This document shows, in pieces, positions 48,548 through 57,411 of a stretch of 64,000 nucleotides of DNA (its first letter is position 1; every line of letters starts with the position of its first letter). The stretch comes from a virus. The translations under genes were made by a program, and so were the position numbers. The DNA is taken from positions 32,001 to 96,000 of the IMG/VR virus record IMGVR_UViG_3300003690_003472, one strand, 5' to 3'. The notes beneath the pieces were generated by a model. The model was not told the origin of the DNA. It did no database searches and saw only the letters and a program-made list of their open reading frames with translations.

Positions 48548-49588
48548 ATGAAAAAATGGAGCCCAACGGTATTATACCATTCTAAATTAGTAGATCTACA
48601 CCAAATTGCTTATGTCAAAAAAGGCGTACAATCTAGAATATCTGGCTTAGACTTAGACAATCTTAAAAATATCGAACGCAGTATTGAAGTAGAGGGCTTG
48701 AAAGAAGAGGTTCACGTGGAGGTCATTAATGCTGACCCCACAGATGAAAACAAATCTGAATATATTCTTCGCTCTGGTTGCCATCGATATTCTGCATATA
48801 AAAATCTCAAAAAGAAACATAAAAATAGTTCTAAATACGATTTGATTAAGTGCGTCGTTTATGAAAAACACACGGGCGCATCTTCTCAATTTGACTGGCT
48901 TCAATGGCAGCACCAAGAAAATGAACACATGACAAAAGCACATCGTGCTAACTCTTTAGATGATTCGATTTTTACTGCCTACACTCTTTTAACGGGTGGT
49001 CATTTAGATGCTAGGGCAGCAAATCTTATAAAAACAAAAAAAGGCTGGACTAATCCCCTCATTAATAAAGTGCTCATGGGGTGGTTTAAGGAAAACTGCA
49101 GAGGCCTTTCATATGACGAAAGAGATAAGATGGTTACTAAAGTATATGAATGCGGAAACCAAATTCGCAATGCTCAAATTAAGCGATATACTCGCGCTGA
49201 ACTAGAAAGTGTTCTTTTAATTAATTATGGGATTGAAAAGTCTGGAGATATAGATCCTTGTACTGGTGTTAGAGTTTATGTAGCTAGTGAACAAGATTGC
49301 TGGACAAAAGCGCTTACACCTGTTGCAAATCTGATCAAAGATAATCCTGTGAATAGAACGCCTCATCATATCATTTTTCATTGTCGTAAGGGAGATGCGA
49401 AACACATTAACACACGAAGAGATTATCTTCGAGATATGGTAAAAACAATTAATGCATGGTTTAAAGAAAATGTACCAGAAACTGTACTTGGTAAAGGATT
49501 TTCACCGATATCTGAAATTAAATATCTTGGTCAAAAAATTCAACTAGGGGAGAACCCCAATCAATTAATTTCTGTTAAAATTAAATAA
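48548..49588 (+). CDS. ParB/Srx N-terminal domain protein with unrecognised C-terminus
   Basis: IERSIEVEGLKEEVHV...YILRSGCHRYSAYK matches the ParB/sulfiredoxin GxHR motif. Confidence 0.6.
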   Translation: MKKWSPTVLYHSKLVDLHQIAYVKKGVQSRISGLDLDNLKNIERSIEVEGLKEEVHVEVINADPTDENKSEYILRSGCHRYSAYKNLKKKHKNSSKYDLIKCVVYEKHTGASSQFDWLQWQHQENEHMTKAHRANSLDDSIFTAYTLLTGGHLDARAANLIKTKKGWTNPLINKVLMGWFKENCRGLSYDERDKMVTKVYECGNQIRNAQIKRYTRAELESVLLINYGIEKSGDIDPCTGVRVYVASEQDCWTKALTPVANLIKDNPVNRTPHHIIFHCRKGDAKHINTRRDYLRDMVKTINAWFKENVPETVLGKGFSPISEIKYLGQKIQLGENPNQLISVKIK

Positions 49589-49624
49589 TAAATAATTTGA
49601 ATATCATAAAAGAAAAGGAAAAGG

Positions 49625-49653
49625 TTGACACTTTAAAACAAGTGTGATAACGT
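49625..49653 (+). promoter_or_regulatory. Sigma70-type promoter (Mre11-Rad50 fusion, predicted leaderless)
   Basis: Perfect TTGACA 49625-49630, 17-nt spacer, TG at 49645-49646, TAACGT 49648-49653; ATG at 49661; no SD. Confidence 0.7.
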
Positions 49654-49660
49654 ATATTCA

Positions 49661-52600
49661 ATGAAGTTTGCTCATATCGCTGATACCCATATCAAAAATC
49701 TTAAATATCATCATGAATATCGAATTGTTTTCGATAAATTATATGAAAAGCTAAAAGAAGAAAAGGTTGATTATATAATTCATTGCGGTGACATGGCACA
49801 TACTAAGACTCAAATATCACCAGAGTTTGTAGAAATGTGCACTAATTTTTTAAGGAACTTAGCAAATATCGCACCTACGTATGTAATATTGGGGAATCAT
49901 GATGGGAATCTCAAAAACTCCAGTAGACAAGATGCATTAACGCCAATTGTTGATGCACTAGAACATAAAGATCTTCATTTATTGAAGAACTCGGGGGAGG
50001 TGTGTCTAAATGGTGGGTTTACTATTAACGTATTGTCTGTATTTGATCGCGATAATTGGGCCAATATTTCTGATACCAATCGGATTAATATTGCACTTTA
50101 TCACGGGTCTATATCGAATAGCGAAACTGATCTTGGATGGGTTATGGAACATGGGGAAGATGATGTATCAATTTTCAAAGGATACGATTTTGCTTTCTTG
50201 GGGGACATTCATAAAACCAACCAAGTTTTAGATAAAAAAAAGAAAATTAGATACGCAGGTTCAACCGTACAACAAAATCATGGCGAAACTAACGATAAAG
50301 GTTTTTTGATTTGGGATATAAAAGATAAAGATAGCTTTACTTGTAAGCATATTACATTAGAAAATCCTAAACCTTTTATTACAATAGAACTAACTCCCAA
50401 AGGAAGGTTACCCAACAAAATTAAAGTTCCTTCTGGTGCAAGATTGCGATTAGTTTCTAATAACAACTTGCCTCTAGATACAATGAAAAAAGCAGTTGAA
50501 ATTGCTAAACATCGTTTTAAGCCTGAAAGTATTACATTTTTAAATCGCGCCGCTGGTCAACGAGGAAACATAGAAGAATTTGCTGATGGATTAGTCGCTG
50601 ATAATCTTAGAGATCCAGTTATACAAGAAGAACTAATCAGAGAATATTTAAAAGATTTCCAACCAGAAGAAGATTTATTTAAACGTGTTCTAAGGCTTAA
50701 TTCTAAATATAATATAGCGGCTGAAGACCAAGAAGAAGTGGGAAGAAATGTTAATTGGAAATTAGAATCGTTAGAATGGGATAATTTATTTAATTATGGA
50801 AGTGGGAATCGGATCAGCTTTAGCAAGCTTCACGGAATCGTTGGGATATTCGGAAAGAATTTTAGTGGTAAATCTAGCATTATTGACAGCATGCTTTATA
50901 CTCTTTTTAATTCCACTAGTAAAAATGAGAGGAAAAATTTCAACATTATTAACCAAAATAAAAACCATGGTATGGGAAAGGTTGAAATTTCAATAGGAAA
51001 TAAAAAATATATAGTTCAAAGAAGTTCTGAAAAATATATTAAAAAACTTAAAGGCGAAGAAACACTAGAGGCAAAAACTGATTTAAATTTTGAATGTTAT
51101 GATAAGGTCACCAGAGAAACTCAAAGTCTTAATGGATTGACAAGAAATGAAACCGACAGAATTATAAGAAAACACTTTGGAACACTAGAAGATTTTCTTC
51201 TAACTTCAATGTCTTCGCAACTCGGCGCACTTCAATTTATTAGCGAGGGATCAACAAGACGAAAAGAAATTCTTGCAAAATTTCTTGATCTTGAGATGTT
51301 TGAGAAGAAGTATAAAATGGCAAAAGAAGATGCATCAGACTTTAGGGGCGCTTTAAAGCGTTTAGAGGGAAAAGAGTTTGATGATGATATCTTCACAGCT
51401 GAAAAAGATATCATTTTTAATGAGGCACAAACGCGCACCCACTCTGAAAGTTGTGAAATTATTAAAGAAAACTTAGTAGAACTTCAACAAAAAATAGATG
51501 AGATTCAAAAATCTATTGATTCCATCCCAACCGAAATTATTGATATTGAAAAAATCACTAGCCAATATAGTGAAAAAGAAAAACAGGCTGCGCATATTAT
51601 TGCTGACATTATTAATCTACAAGACAAACAAGTAGAAAAGGAAGACCTTCTCAAGAAAATTGATGAATTTGTCGATACTTTTAATATAGAAGAGTTACAC
51701 GAAAAGAAAAATTTAACCACAGAAAAAATTGCTTTAATAAATAAAATTAGTGATGAACTGTGCGCAATAGAAAACAGTCTAATAGTAAAGGAAAAAAAGA
51801 AACAACTTTTAGAAGAAGTGCCATGTGGAGATAAATATCCTAATTGCAAATTCATTTGTGATGCGCACAGTGCAGCAAACGAATTGTTTGATTTAACAAA
51901 AGAAGTAAAGAGTCTAAATGAAACTGCAGATAAAATTAATAAAGAAATAGAAACATTAGATCCAGAATACAAAATTGATGAACATTTAGAAAAATACAAT
52001 CAACTGCTTTACAAAAAGAAAGATATTGATAATGAAATTTCTACCACAAAGATTTTAATTGAAAAAAATGAAATTGCTTTAAAGTCTGTAGAAAAAGAAG
52101 CTATAGAGCTAGAGCAGCAGAAAAATATATATTATGATAACAAAGACATTATTGAAAATAAAGGATCGTTTATTAAGGAGCTAGCAAAAGAAAAGATACT
52201 TTATTTAGAAAAAGAAGAAGAATTAAAAGAATGTTTAGATGCTTTAATGGAGCTTTATAAAGAACACGGCTCTTTAGAGCAAAAACTAACTTCGCTTCAA
52301 GAACAAAAACAAGAACTAGCAGATCTTCGTGAAGATTATGCCGCATATGATTTATTTATGCAATGTATGCATAGCAATGGTATTTCATATGATATTATTA
52401 AAAGGAAGCTTCCAGTAATCAATAATGAAATTGCAAAGGTATTAGCCAATGTAGTTAATTTTGAGGTTTTTTTTGAAAACGATGGAAGACATTTAAGAAT
52501 TCTTATTAAACATCCAAGCCACGAACCAAGACCAATCGAAATGGGAAGTGGGGCAGAAAAAACAATTGCTGCAATGGCAATTCGTTTAGCGCTTTTGTCT

Positions 52601-52819
52601 GTTTCTAGTTTGCCAAAGTCCAATATTTTTATCCTTGACGAACCCGGCGCAGCGCTTGATGCCGATAATATGGATGGGTTTGTCCGTATTCTAGAATTAG
52701 TAAAATCTTATTTTAAAACTGTGTTTTTAATTTCACACCTCGATTCTCTTAAAGACTGCGTAGATATGCAAATTACAATTGATAAAAAAGACATGTACGC
52801 TTTTGTTAAAGAATTCTAA
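49661..52819 (+). CDS. Mre11-Rad50 (SbcD-SbcC, gp47-gp46) fusion nuclease-ATPase
   Basis: Phosphoesterase motifs ADTH, CGD, GNHD, LYHG and GDIH; then Walker A GKNFSGKS, coiled coil with central CGDKYPNC, signature MGSGAEK, Walker B FILDEP and H-loop ISH, all in one ORF. Confidence 0.92.
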   Translation: MKFAHIADTHIKNLKYHHEYRIVFDKLYEKLKEEKVDYIIHCGDMAHTKTQISPEFVEMCTNFLRNLANIAPTYVILGNHDGNLKNSSRQDALTPIVDALEHKDLHLLKNSGEVCLNGGFTINVLSVFDRDNWANISDTNRINIALYHGSISNSETDLGWVMEHGEDDVSIFKGYDFAFLGDIHKTNQVLDKKKKIRYAGSTVQQNHGETNDKGFLIWDIKDKDSFTCKHITLENPKPFITIELTPKGRLPNKIKVPSGARLRLVSNNNLPLDTMKKAVEIAKHRFKPESITFLNRAAGQRGNIEEFADGLVADNLRDPVIQEELIREYLKDFQPEEDLFKRVLRLNSKYNIAAEDQEEVGRNVNWKLESLEWDNLFNYGSGNRISFSKLHGIVGIFGKNFSGKSSIIDSMLYTLFNSTSKNERKNFNIINQNKNHGMGKVEISIGNKKYIVQRSSEKYIKKLKGEETLEAKTDLNFECYDKVTRETQSLNGLTRNETDRIIRKHFGTLEDFLLTSMSSQLGALQFISEGSTRRKEILAKFLDLEMFEKKYKMAKEDASDFRGALKRLEGKEFDDDIFTAEKDIIFNEAQTRTHSESCEIIKENLVELQQKIDEIQKSIDSIPTEIIDIEKITSQYSEKEKQAAHIIADIINLQDKQVEKEDLLKKIDEFVDTFNIEELHEKKNLTTEKIALINKISDELCAIENSLIVKEKKKQLLEEVPCGDKYPNCKFICDAHSAANELFDLTKEVKSLNETADKINKEIETLDPEYKIDEHLEKYNQLLYKKKDIDNEISTTKILIEKNEIALKSVEKEAIELEQQKNIYYDNKDIIENKGSFIKELAKEKILYLEKEEELKECLDALMELYKEHGSLEQKLTSLQEQKQELADLREDYAAYDLFMQCMHSNGISYDIIKRKLPVINNEIAKVLANVVNFEVFFENDGRHLRILIKHPSHEPRPIEMGSGAEKTIAAMAIRLALLSVSSLPKSNIFILDEPGAALDADNMDGFVRILELVKSYFKTVFLISHLDSLKDCVDMQITIDKKDMYAFVKEF

Positions 52820-52839
52820 TTATATTAAAGATAAGTAGC

Positions 52840-52908
52840 TATAGCGCTATATATCGATGTTCAAGATTGCTCATATAAAATGCTTTCGAGGGACAATTAT
52901 ACTATTTA
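52840..52908 (+). promoter_or_regulatory. 12-bp palindrome TATAGCGCTATA and ACTATTTA motif upstream of the membrane-protein cassette
   Basis: Palindrome at 52840-52851; ACTATTTA at 52901-52908; GGAGGA RBS at 52925-52930. Confidence 0.4.
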
Positions 52909-52937
52909 TATTAGTTTCACGATGGGAGGATTTTATT

Positions 52938-53168
52938 ATGGAACACTTACAAAAAGTTAGCAGTTGGCTTAAAGAAGTTGTAGGAATGACGCTTTCTGTT
53001 TTGGCATTGGCGGTTGTTTTGCAAGTATTGTTTGGGAAAGATGTTGCATTTTTTCCGGTCGATGTAGTAGGAAATGTAGTTTCTTTAACAAAAGCACTTG
53101 GCAGCGAAGGTCTTGTAGGTTTAGTTGCGTTATGGGTATTAGTTTCGCTTTTTAATAGAAAAGAATGA
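52938..53168 (+). CDS. Small membrane protein (holin-like)
   Basis: 76 aa with two hydrophobic helices; strong GGAGGA RBS before ATG 52938 (track start 52857 not favoured). Confidence 0.55.
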   Translation: MEHLQKVSSWLKEVVGMTLSVLALAVVLQVLFGKDVAFFPVDVVGNVVSLTKALGSEGLVGLVALWVLVSLFNRKE

Positions 53169-53178
53169 AGGAGTACTT

Positions 53179-53370
53179 ATGAGACAGATATTAGATAAAA
53201 CTTTAAATAAATTATTATCACGTAAATTAATGGTATGGCTTACAGCTACTAGCTTTATGTTTTTGCAAATTGTACCATTAGAATCTTCGGATTGGGTAGC
53301 AATTTCATTAGCTTACATTGGTCTAGAAGGACTAGCTGATATCGCATCTAGATGGAAACATGGATCATGA
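53179..53370 (+). CDS. Small membrane protein (holin/antiholin-like)
   Basis: 63 aa; SRKLMVWLTATSFMFL and WVAISLAYIGL hydrophobic segments; AAGGAG RBS. Confidence 0.55.
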   Translation: MRQILDKTLNKLLSRKLMVWLTATSFMFLQIVPLESSDWVAISLAYIGLEGLADIASRWKHGS

Positions 53371-53777
53371 TTACGCTTTTAGCCATGAAAAAAATACTTG
53401 CAAAGATATGGACGTGGCTAAAACATAATTGGATGGCTCCATTTATTGTGGTTTATACTTTGTTCTTGTGGATTATTTTGAGGAGAAAAGATGAAGCTGA
53501 AGCTATATTGGAGATTAGGAGTCGCAGTTATCAAGATCAAATTGATGCAATTAATAAGACACACGAAGATGAAATTAAAAAAAGGGATGAGATTCTTAAA
53601 AAATATTATGAGACGATAACAAGATTAGAAGAAGAGTTCGCCAAAAATAATAAAGAATTGGATGAAAAAAAGAAAAAATCTGTTAAAGAGATTGTCGAAA
53701 AATATTATAATGATCCTGATACCCTAGCAATAATGATTGGCAAAAGGTTCGGATTTAAATATACGGAAGAAGATTAA
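53367..53777 (+). CDS. N-terminal TM plus coiled-coil protein (i-spanin-like topology)
   Basis: APFIVVYTLFLWIIL followed by a charged heptad-rich helix; ATGA overlap with the upstream stop. Confidence 0.5.
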   Translation: MITLLAMKKILAKIWTWLKHNWMAPFIVVYTLFLWIILRRKDEAEAILEIRSRSYQDQIDAINKTHEDEIKKRDEILKKYYETITRLEEEFAKNNKELDEKKKKSVKEIVEKYYNDPDTLAIMIGKRFGFKYTEED

Positions 53778-53782
53778 GAGTA

Positions 53783-54250
53783 GTGAAAAGTATTGTACTA
53801 ATATTAATTTTTTGTTTAACATTTCCAGCACATTTGTTTGCCGAACCACCGGAACCAAACGCGGAAGAAGAAAACACTGCAAAAGTTACAGGCATAAAGA
53901 AAGGAGAAGAAGCCCCTTATAATGGTGTGCTTCTTAACACGACTGCTGCAGCTAAAATATTTGCAGAGAAAGAATATTCTGGAAAAGAATGTGAACTAAG
54001 AATTAACTATGAGATACAAAAAGAGATTCTTCGAATGCAATTGCTTTTGGACACCACAAAAGTTAGTTTAGATGCCACACAAAAAAAGTACGACACTATT
54101 GTTAAAATTAAAGATGACGAGATAGAGAGACTTTCTAAGCTAGTGCTTAAGCCAAAGAATGATTATTCAGCTTTATGGGGTGCAGGAGGAGTCTTAGTTG
54201 GTATTGGTTTGACAATTGCTGTTGTTTATGCCGTTGGAGAATTAAGATAG
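53783..54250 (+). CDS. Secreted-type protein: signal peptide, coiled coil, C-terminal TM (spanin-partner candidate)
   Basis: MKSIVLILIFCLTFPAHLFA signal-like N-terminus; C-terminal WGAGGVLVGIGLTIAVVYAV. Confidence 0.5.
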   Translation: MKSIVLILIFCLTFPAHLFAEPPEPNAEEENTAKVTGIKKGEEAPYNGVLLNTTAAAKIFAEKEYSGKECELRINYEIQKEILRMQLLLDTTKVSLDATQKKYDTIVKIKDDEIERLSKLVLKPKNDYSALWGAGGVLVGIGLTIAVVYAVGELR

Positions 54251-55026
54251 TGTCAAAGATTAAACTCACCAAAGAACAATTATTTAGTTATATAAAACAT
54301 AAAAGCGGTGACATAAATTTAGATTTTAATCACGATCCTGCGCAAAATGCTGGTCCAGTTATATTAAAATATGGAACGGGCGCCAGATCAGATGATGCAG
54401 GAGGAAAGGTACAAGGTGGTCACGTTTATTGGTTGGATGAAACCACAGCCGTATGGACAAAGGCTCAATGGGCTGATGAAGCTTCTATGGGCGCTGGAAA
54501 TCTTTTAGGACTTGCTTTAGGAAAATTTGGCACATACGAAGGCACTCCCGAAACAGTTGGAATGTTGATTAACGGCGTGGCCACAACTGCCATTTTTGGA
54601 ACAGGCCCCGTTGGCGCACCATTGTGGGGTTCTTATAATGCCGCTGGCCGCATGGCCTCCGCGCCGCCGTCAGCAAACGGTGTTAGAATATTTCAAAAAT
54701 TGGGCCATGCTTTGGGGTATCGGCTCACACCCAGTGGTTATGTTGAAACTATAGTATCTTTTACTCCATCATTAGAATTTGCCACGACCTCCATCGGTTC
54801 TGGCGGTGGTGGCGGTGAAACAAACACCGCTTCAAATGTTGGCGCAGGCGATGGCTTATTTAAACAAAAAGCTGGTGTTGATTTGGAGTTTAAAACTTTA
54901 GTTGAGGGTTCTAATATAACTTTAACGGCAGGAACCGATGAAGTAACAATTGCTTCTACTGGCGGTGGAGGCGCAGACTGCGATGATGCTAGTTGTATAA
55001 TGGCTCAGCAGATGTTAGGGGGATAA
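54250..55026 (+). CDS. Tail fibre-like protein
   Basis: Gly-rich; contains the fibre motif NTASNVGAGDGLFKQKAGVDLEFKTLVEGSNITLT; GTG at 54250 overlaps the upstream TAG. Confidence 0.55.
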   Translation: MSKIKLTKEQLFSYIKHKSGDINLDFNHDPAQNAGPVILKYGTGARSDDAGGKVQGGHVYWLDETTAVWTKAQWADEASMGAGNLLGLALGKFGTYEGTPETVGMLINGVATTAIFGTGPVGAPLWGSYNAAGRMASAPPSANGVRIFQKLGHALGYRLTPSGYVETIVSFTPSLEFATTSIGSGGGGGETNTASNVGAGDGLFKQKAGVDLEFKTLVEGSNITLTAGTDEVTIASTGGGGADCDDASCIMAQQMLGG

Positions 55027-55030
55027 TTTT

Positions 55031-55465
55031 ATGGCAACATTTACAAAAGAGTTTTTAAGTAGTTCAGTAAGTGGCAGCTTTTATGGATTGCCTATAGAAA
55101 TAATGACTTCTGGCACTTATCCTGCTGCACCTGATTTTGGGACACAAATACATACGCCTCCATCCGGCTCAACAGAGATAGATGAAGTGTGGCTATATGC
55201 CACAAATGTAAGTACAGGGCCAACAATTCTTGTTATTCAGTTTGGAAACACTGGAAGTGCTTATGAATTTGTACAAGAAATACCTTCTAGAAGTGGATTA
55301 ACTTTAATGGTTCCTGGGTTATCAATAGGCAAAACAGGAAGCATATCATCTCCTGGTTTACCTGACGGCGCGCAGATCGCTGCTTATGCTGGCGGTGTTT
55401 CAGCTAGTGCAACATCAGACATATTAATAACAGGGTATGTAAATAGAATAAGCGGGAGTTCATAA
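55031..55465 (+). CDS. Conserved phage tail-associated beta-sandwich protein
   Basis: MATFTK..LS...IHT...DEVWLYATN...GL.L.VPG...GYVNRI pattern, recalled from proteins that follow fibre genes. Confidence 0.55.
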   Translation: MATFTKEFLSSSVSGSFYGLPIEIMTSGTYPAAPDFGTQIHTPPSGSTEIDEVWLYATNVSTGPTILVIQFGNTGSAYEFVQEIPSRSGLTLMVPGLSIGKTGSISSPGLPDGAQIAAYAGGVSASATSDILITGYVNRISGSS

Positions 55466-56421
55466 TGGCATCACATGATGTAAGAAAGTTGAATCCCGGC
55501 ATTCAAGTGGATAATCTATTTGTAGGTGTTGCTTCAAAAGTAAACCCACACTTAGTTAAAGAAACATCAGGTGTTGGTAATTTTGGTTTAAAAACTCTTA
55601 GTCTTGTTAGCGGAGGAGCAAATCCAAATCTTGCTTTTGCATTAAACGCCAGCGGAAGTCTAATGGCTCTCAATAATCCTGCTTTATTAGAGGTATCGGG
55701 TGTCTTTTTTAATGGCACTAATGAATATCTTGATTTAGCTACCGATGCAGATTTTGATTTTAATTATAATACACCATATTCTTTATCCGCTTGGGTTGGA
55801 ACAACATCAAATGCCGCCCAGGCGCCCATATCTAAAATGAATTCGACTGATAGCTATCGAGGTTGGGATATGTACCTTTATCAAGGAAAAGTATCGGCTC
55901 ACCTTACACACACTTGGTCTTCATCGGCAATTAAAGTTACTACTACCACTGCGATGCCGACCGTAAATGACGGCGACGGACACAGTATTGTCATAACATA
56001 TGATGGATCTACTAACGCAAATGGAATGACTATATATATTGATGGTACCTCGGCATCAATTGACATCAACAACGATAATCTCGGCAACGATGATACGACC
56101 AATTCGATTGATATTAATATTGGCCGACGCGAGTACGGGGTTTACATGAATGGATTCTTGGCTCATGTTTCTGTTTGGAATAAAGAGTTAAATTCAACTG
56201 AAGTTACTGCAATCTATAATAGCGGCAAGCCGGGCGATTTATCGGCACATGCTGCAGCTGGTAATTTAATTGCCTGGTGGAAAACTGGAAATGGCATTAG
56301 TGGTAGCACTAAAGATTGTACTAATAGTACTACTGGGTCATCTTATGTTTACGATATGAGTACCGGTAGTCATCACATGACACCAAAAACTTTATACGGA
56401 TATGATACAATCGATGTTTAA
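55465..56421 (+). CDS. LamG/concanavalin A-like domain protein (putative receptor-binding)
   Basis: FNGTNEY, SLSAWV, HSIVITYDG...IYIDG and GFLAHVSVWNKELNSTEVTAIYN motifs. Confidence 0.8.
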   Translation: MASHDVRKLNPGIQVDNLFVGVASKVNPHLVKETSGVGNFGLKTLSLVSGGANPNLAFALNASGSLMALNNPALLEVSGVFFNGTNEYLDLATDADFDFNYNTPYSLSAWVGTTSNAAQAPISKMNSTDSYRGWDMYLYQGKVSAHLTHTWSSSAIKVTTTTAMPTVNDGDGHSIVITYDGSTNANGMTIYIDGTSASIDINNDNLGNDDTTNSIDINIGRREYGVYMNGFLAHVSVWNKELNSTEVTAIYNSGKPGDLSAHAAAGNLIAWWKTGNGISGSTKDCTNSTTGSSYVYDMSTGSHHMTPKTLYGYDTIDV

Positions 56422-56450
56422 ACAGTATATATAGAATAGGAGAGTGTAAC

Positions 56451-57410
56451 ATGGCGGAAAAGCATCAACAAGTAACTGTTGGCACTACAACCTGGCAGTT
56501 TTTTTTACAAAAGGTCTGGGAATTTGTAGAAAACACACAAGCCGCCGCGAATGTCTTACGGTTTGCTGAAGAGGGCGGCAATATTGCTGTAAAATCTGGC
56601 GGATCTTTTTGGGATGGCGATGCTGATTTATCAAGTGGCTTTGCGTCTGATAATGATTATATGGTTGTAGAGCCAGTAAATGAATATCCTGGCGGCGGAA
56701 GATGGCAAATGAAAATTAAGAGCACTGATGTATCTACTAATAGTTATGGTAATTGTTCAGTGGAAGTTAGTTGGTTAGGTGGTTATGATACGAGCGAAGA
56801 TGACTTTGGTTCAAATCTTACTACTGGTACATCTAGACGTCCATTCTATAGTAGTCTCGATAGCACGGCCGATTCACTTTATTTTTCTTGTTCAAATACT
56901 GATAGTTATATAAATTCAAGCGGTACCCAAACTTATACTTATTTCAGAATATTACGGTGGGATAATGGGGCAGCCGATGACATTCGTTTTGACGGCACTT
57001 ATGTAGGCGGATATATACCTAACGAACCAGATGATGATGATAAGCCAATTGTAGTCTATCACCGAGTAATGAGAGGCTATTGGAGTGGTGACTATTGGGG
57101 TGATTCTGATAGTTTGGATACTGGCATACTGCCTGGAAATTATGAGCATACGGTGTGCGGCGGAAATGTTTCTTCTTTTATTAACTCTATGGACAACGCA
57201 GCCCATACGGGATATAGCCTAACACGATCCGGTAACTGGTCTAATGGTCCGGTGTTGATAAATGATTATGCAAATACCCGTACACTTGGAGCTTGGGGCA
57301 AATACACGGCATTAAAAGGAGATATATTAAGAAATAGCGGCGCGACAGATGCTGCTAATGAATATTTAATTGGAAATGATATGGTAGTTCGATGGAAGCC
57401 TTCTGCATAA
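56451..57410 (+). CDS. Hypothetical virion protein (Gly/Ser/Asp-rich, beta-rich)
   Basis: AGGAG RBS; composition resembles the neighbouring fibre proteins. Confidence 0.55.
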   Translation: MAEKHQQVTVGTTTWQFFLQKVWEFVENTQAAANVLRFAEEGGNIAVKSGGSFWDGDADLSSGFASDNDYMVVEPVNEYPGGGRWQMKIKSTDVSTNSYGNCSVEVSWLGGYDTSEDDFGSNLTTGTSRRPFYSSLDSTADSLYFSCSNTDSYINSSGTQTYTYFRILRWDNGAADDIRFDGTYVGGYIPNEPDDDDKPIVVYHRVMRGYWSGDYWGDSDSLDTGILPGNYEHTVCGGNVSSFINSMDNAAHTGYSLTRSGNWSNGPVLINDYANTRTLGAWGKYTALKGDILRNSGATDAANEYLIGNDMVVRWKPSA

Positions 57411-57411
57411 T

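Noticed and set aside
49661-52819. Giant eukaryotic virus (NCLDV) origin suggested by the Mre11-Rad50 fusion and sugar genes
   Set aside because: SD sequences, sigma70 promoters, a sigma factor, T4-like portal/terminase and gp25/gp6 indicate a bacteriophage.
52857-52937. N-terminal extension of the first membrane protein
   Set aside because: A strong GGAGGA precedes ATG 52938; the extension spans a probable promoter region.
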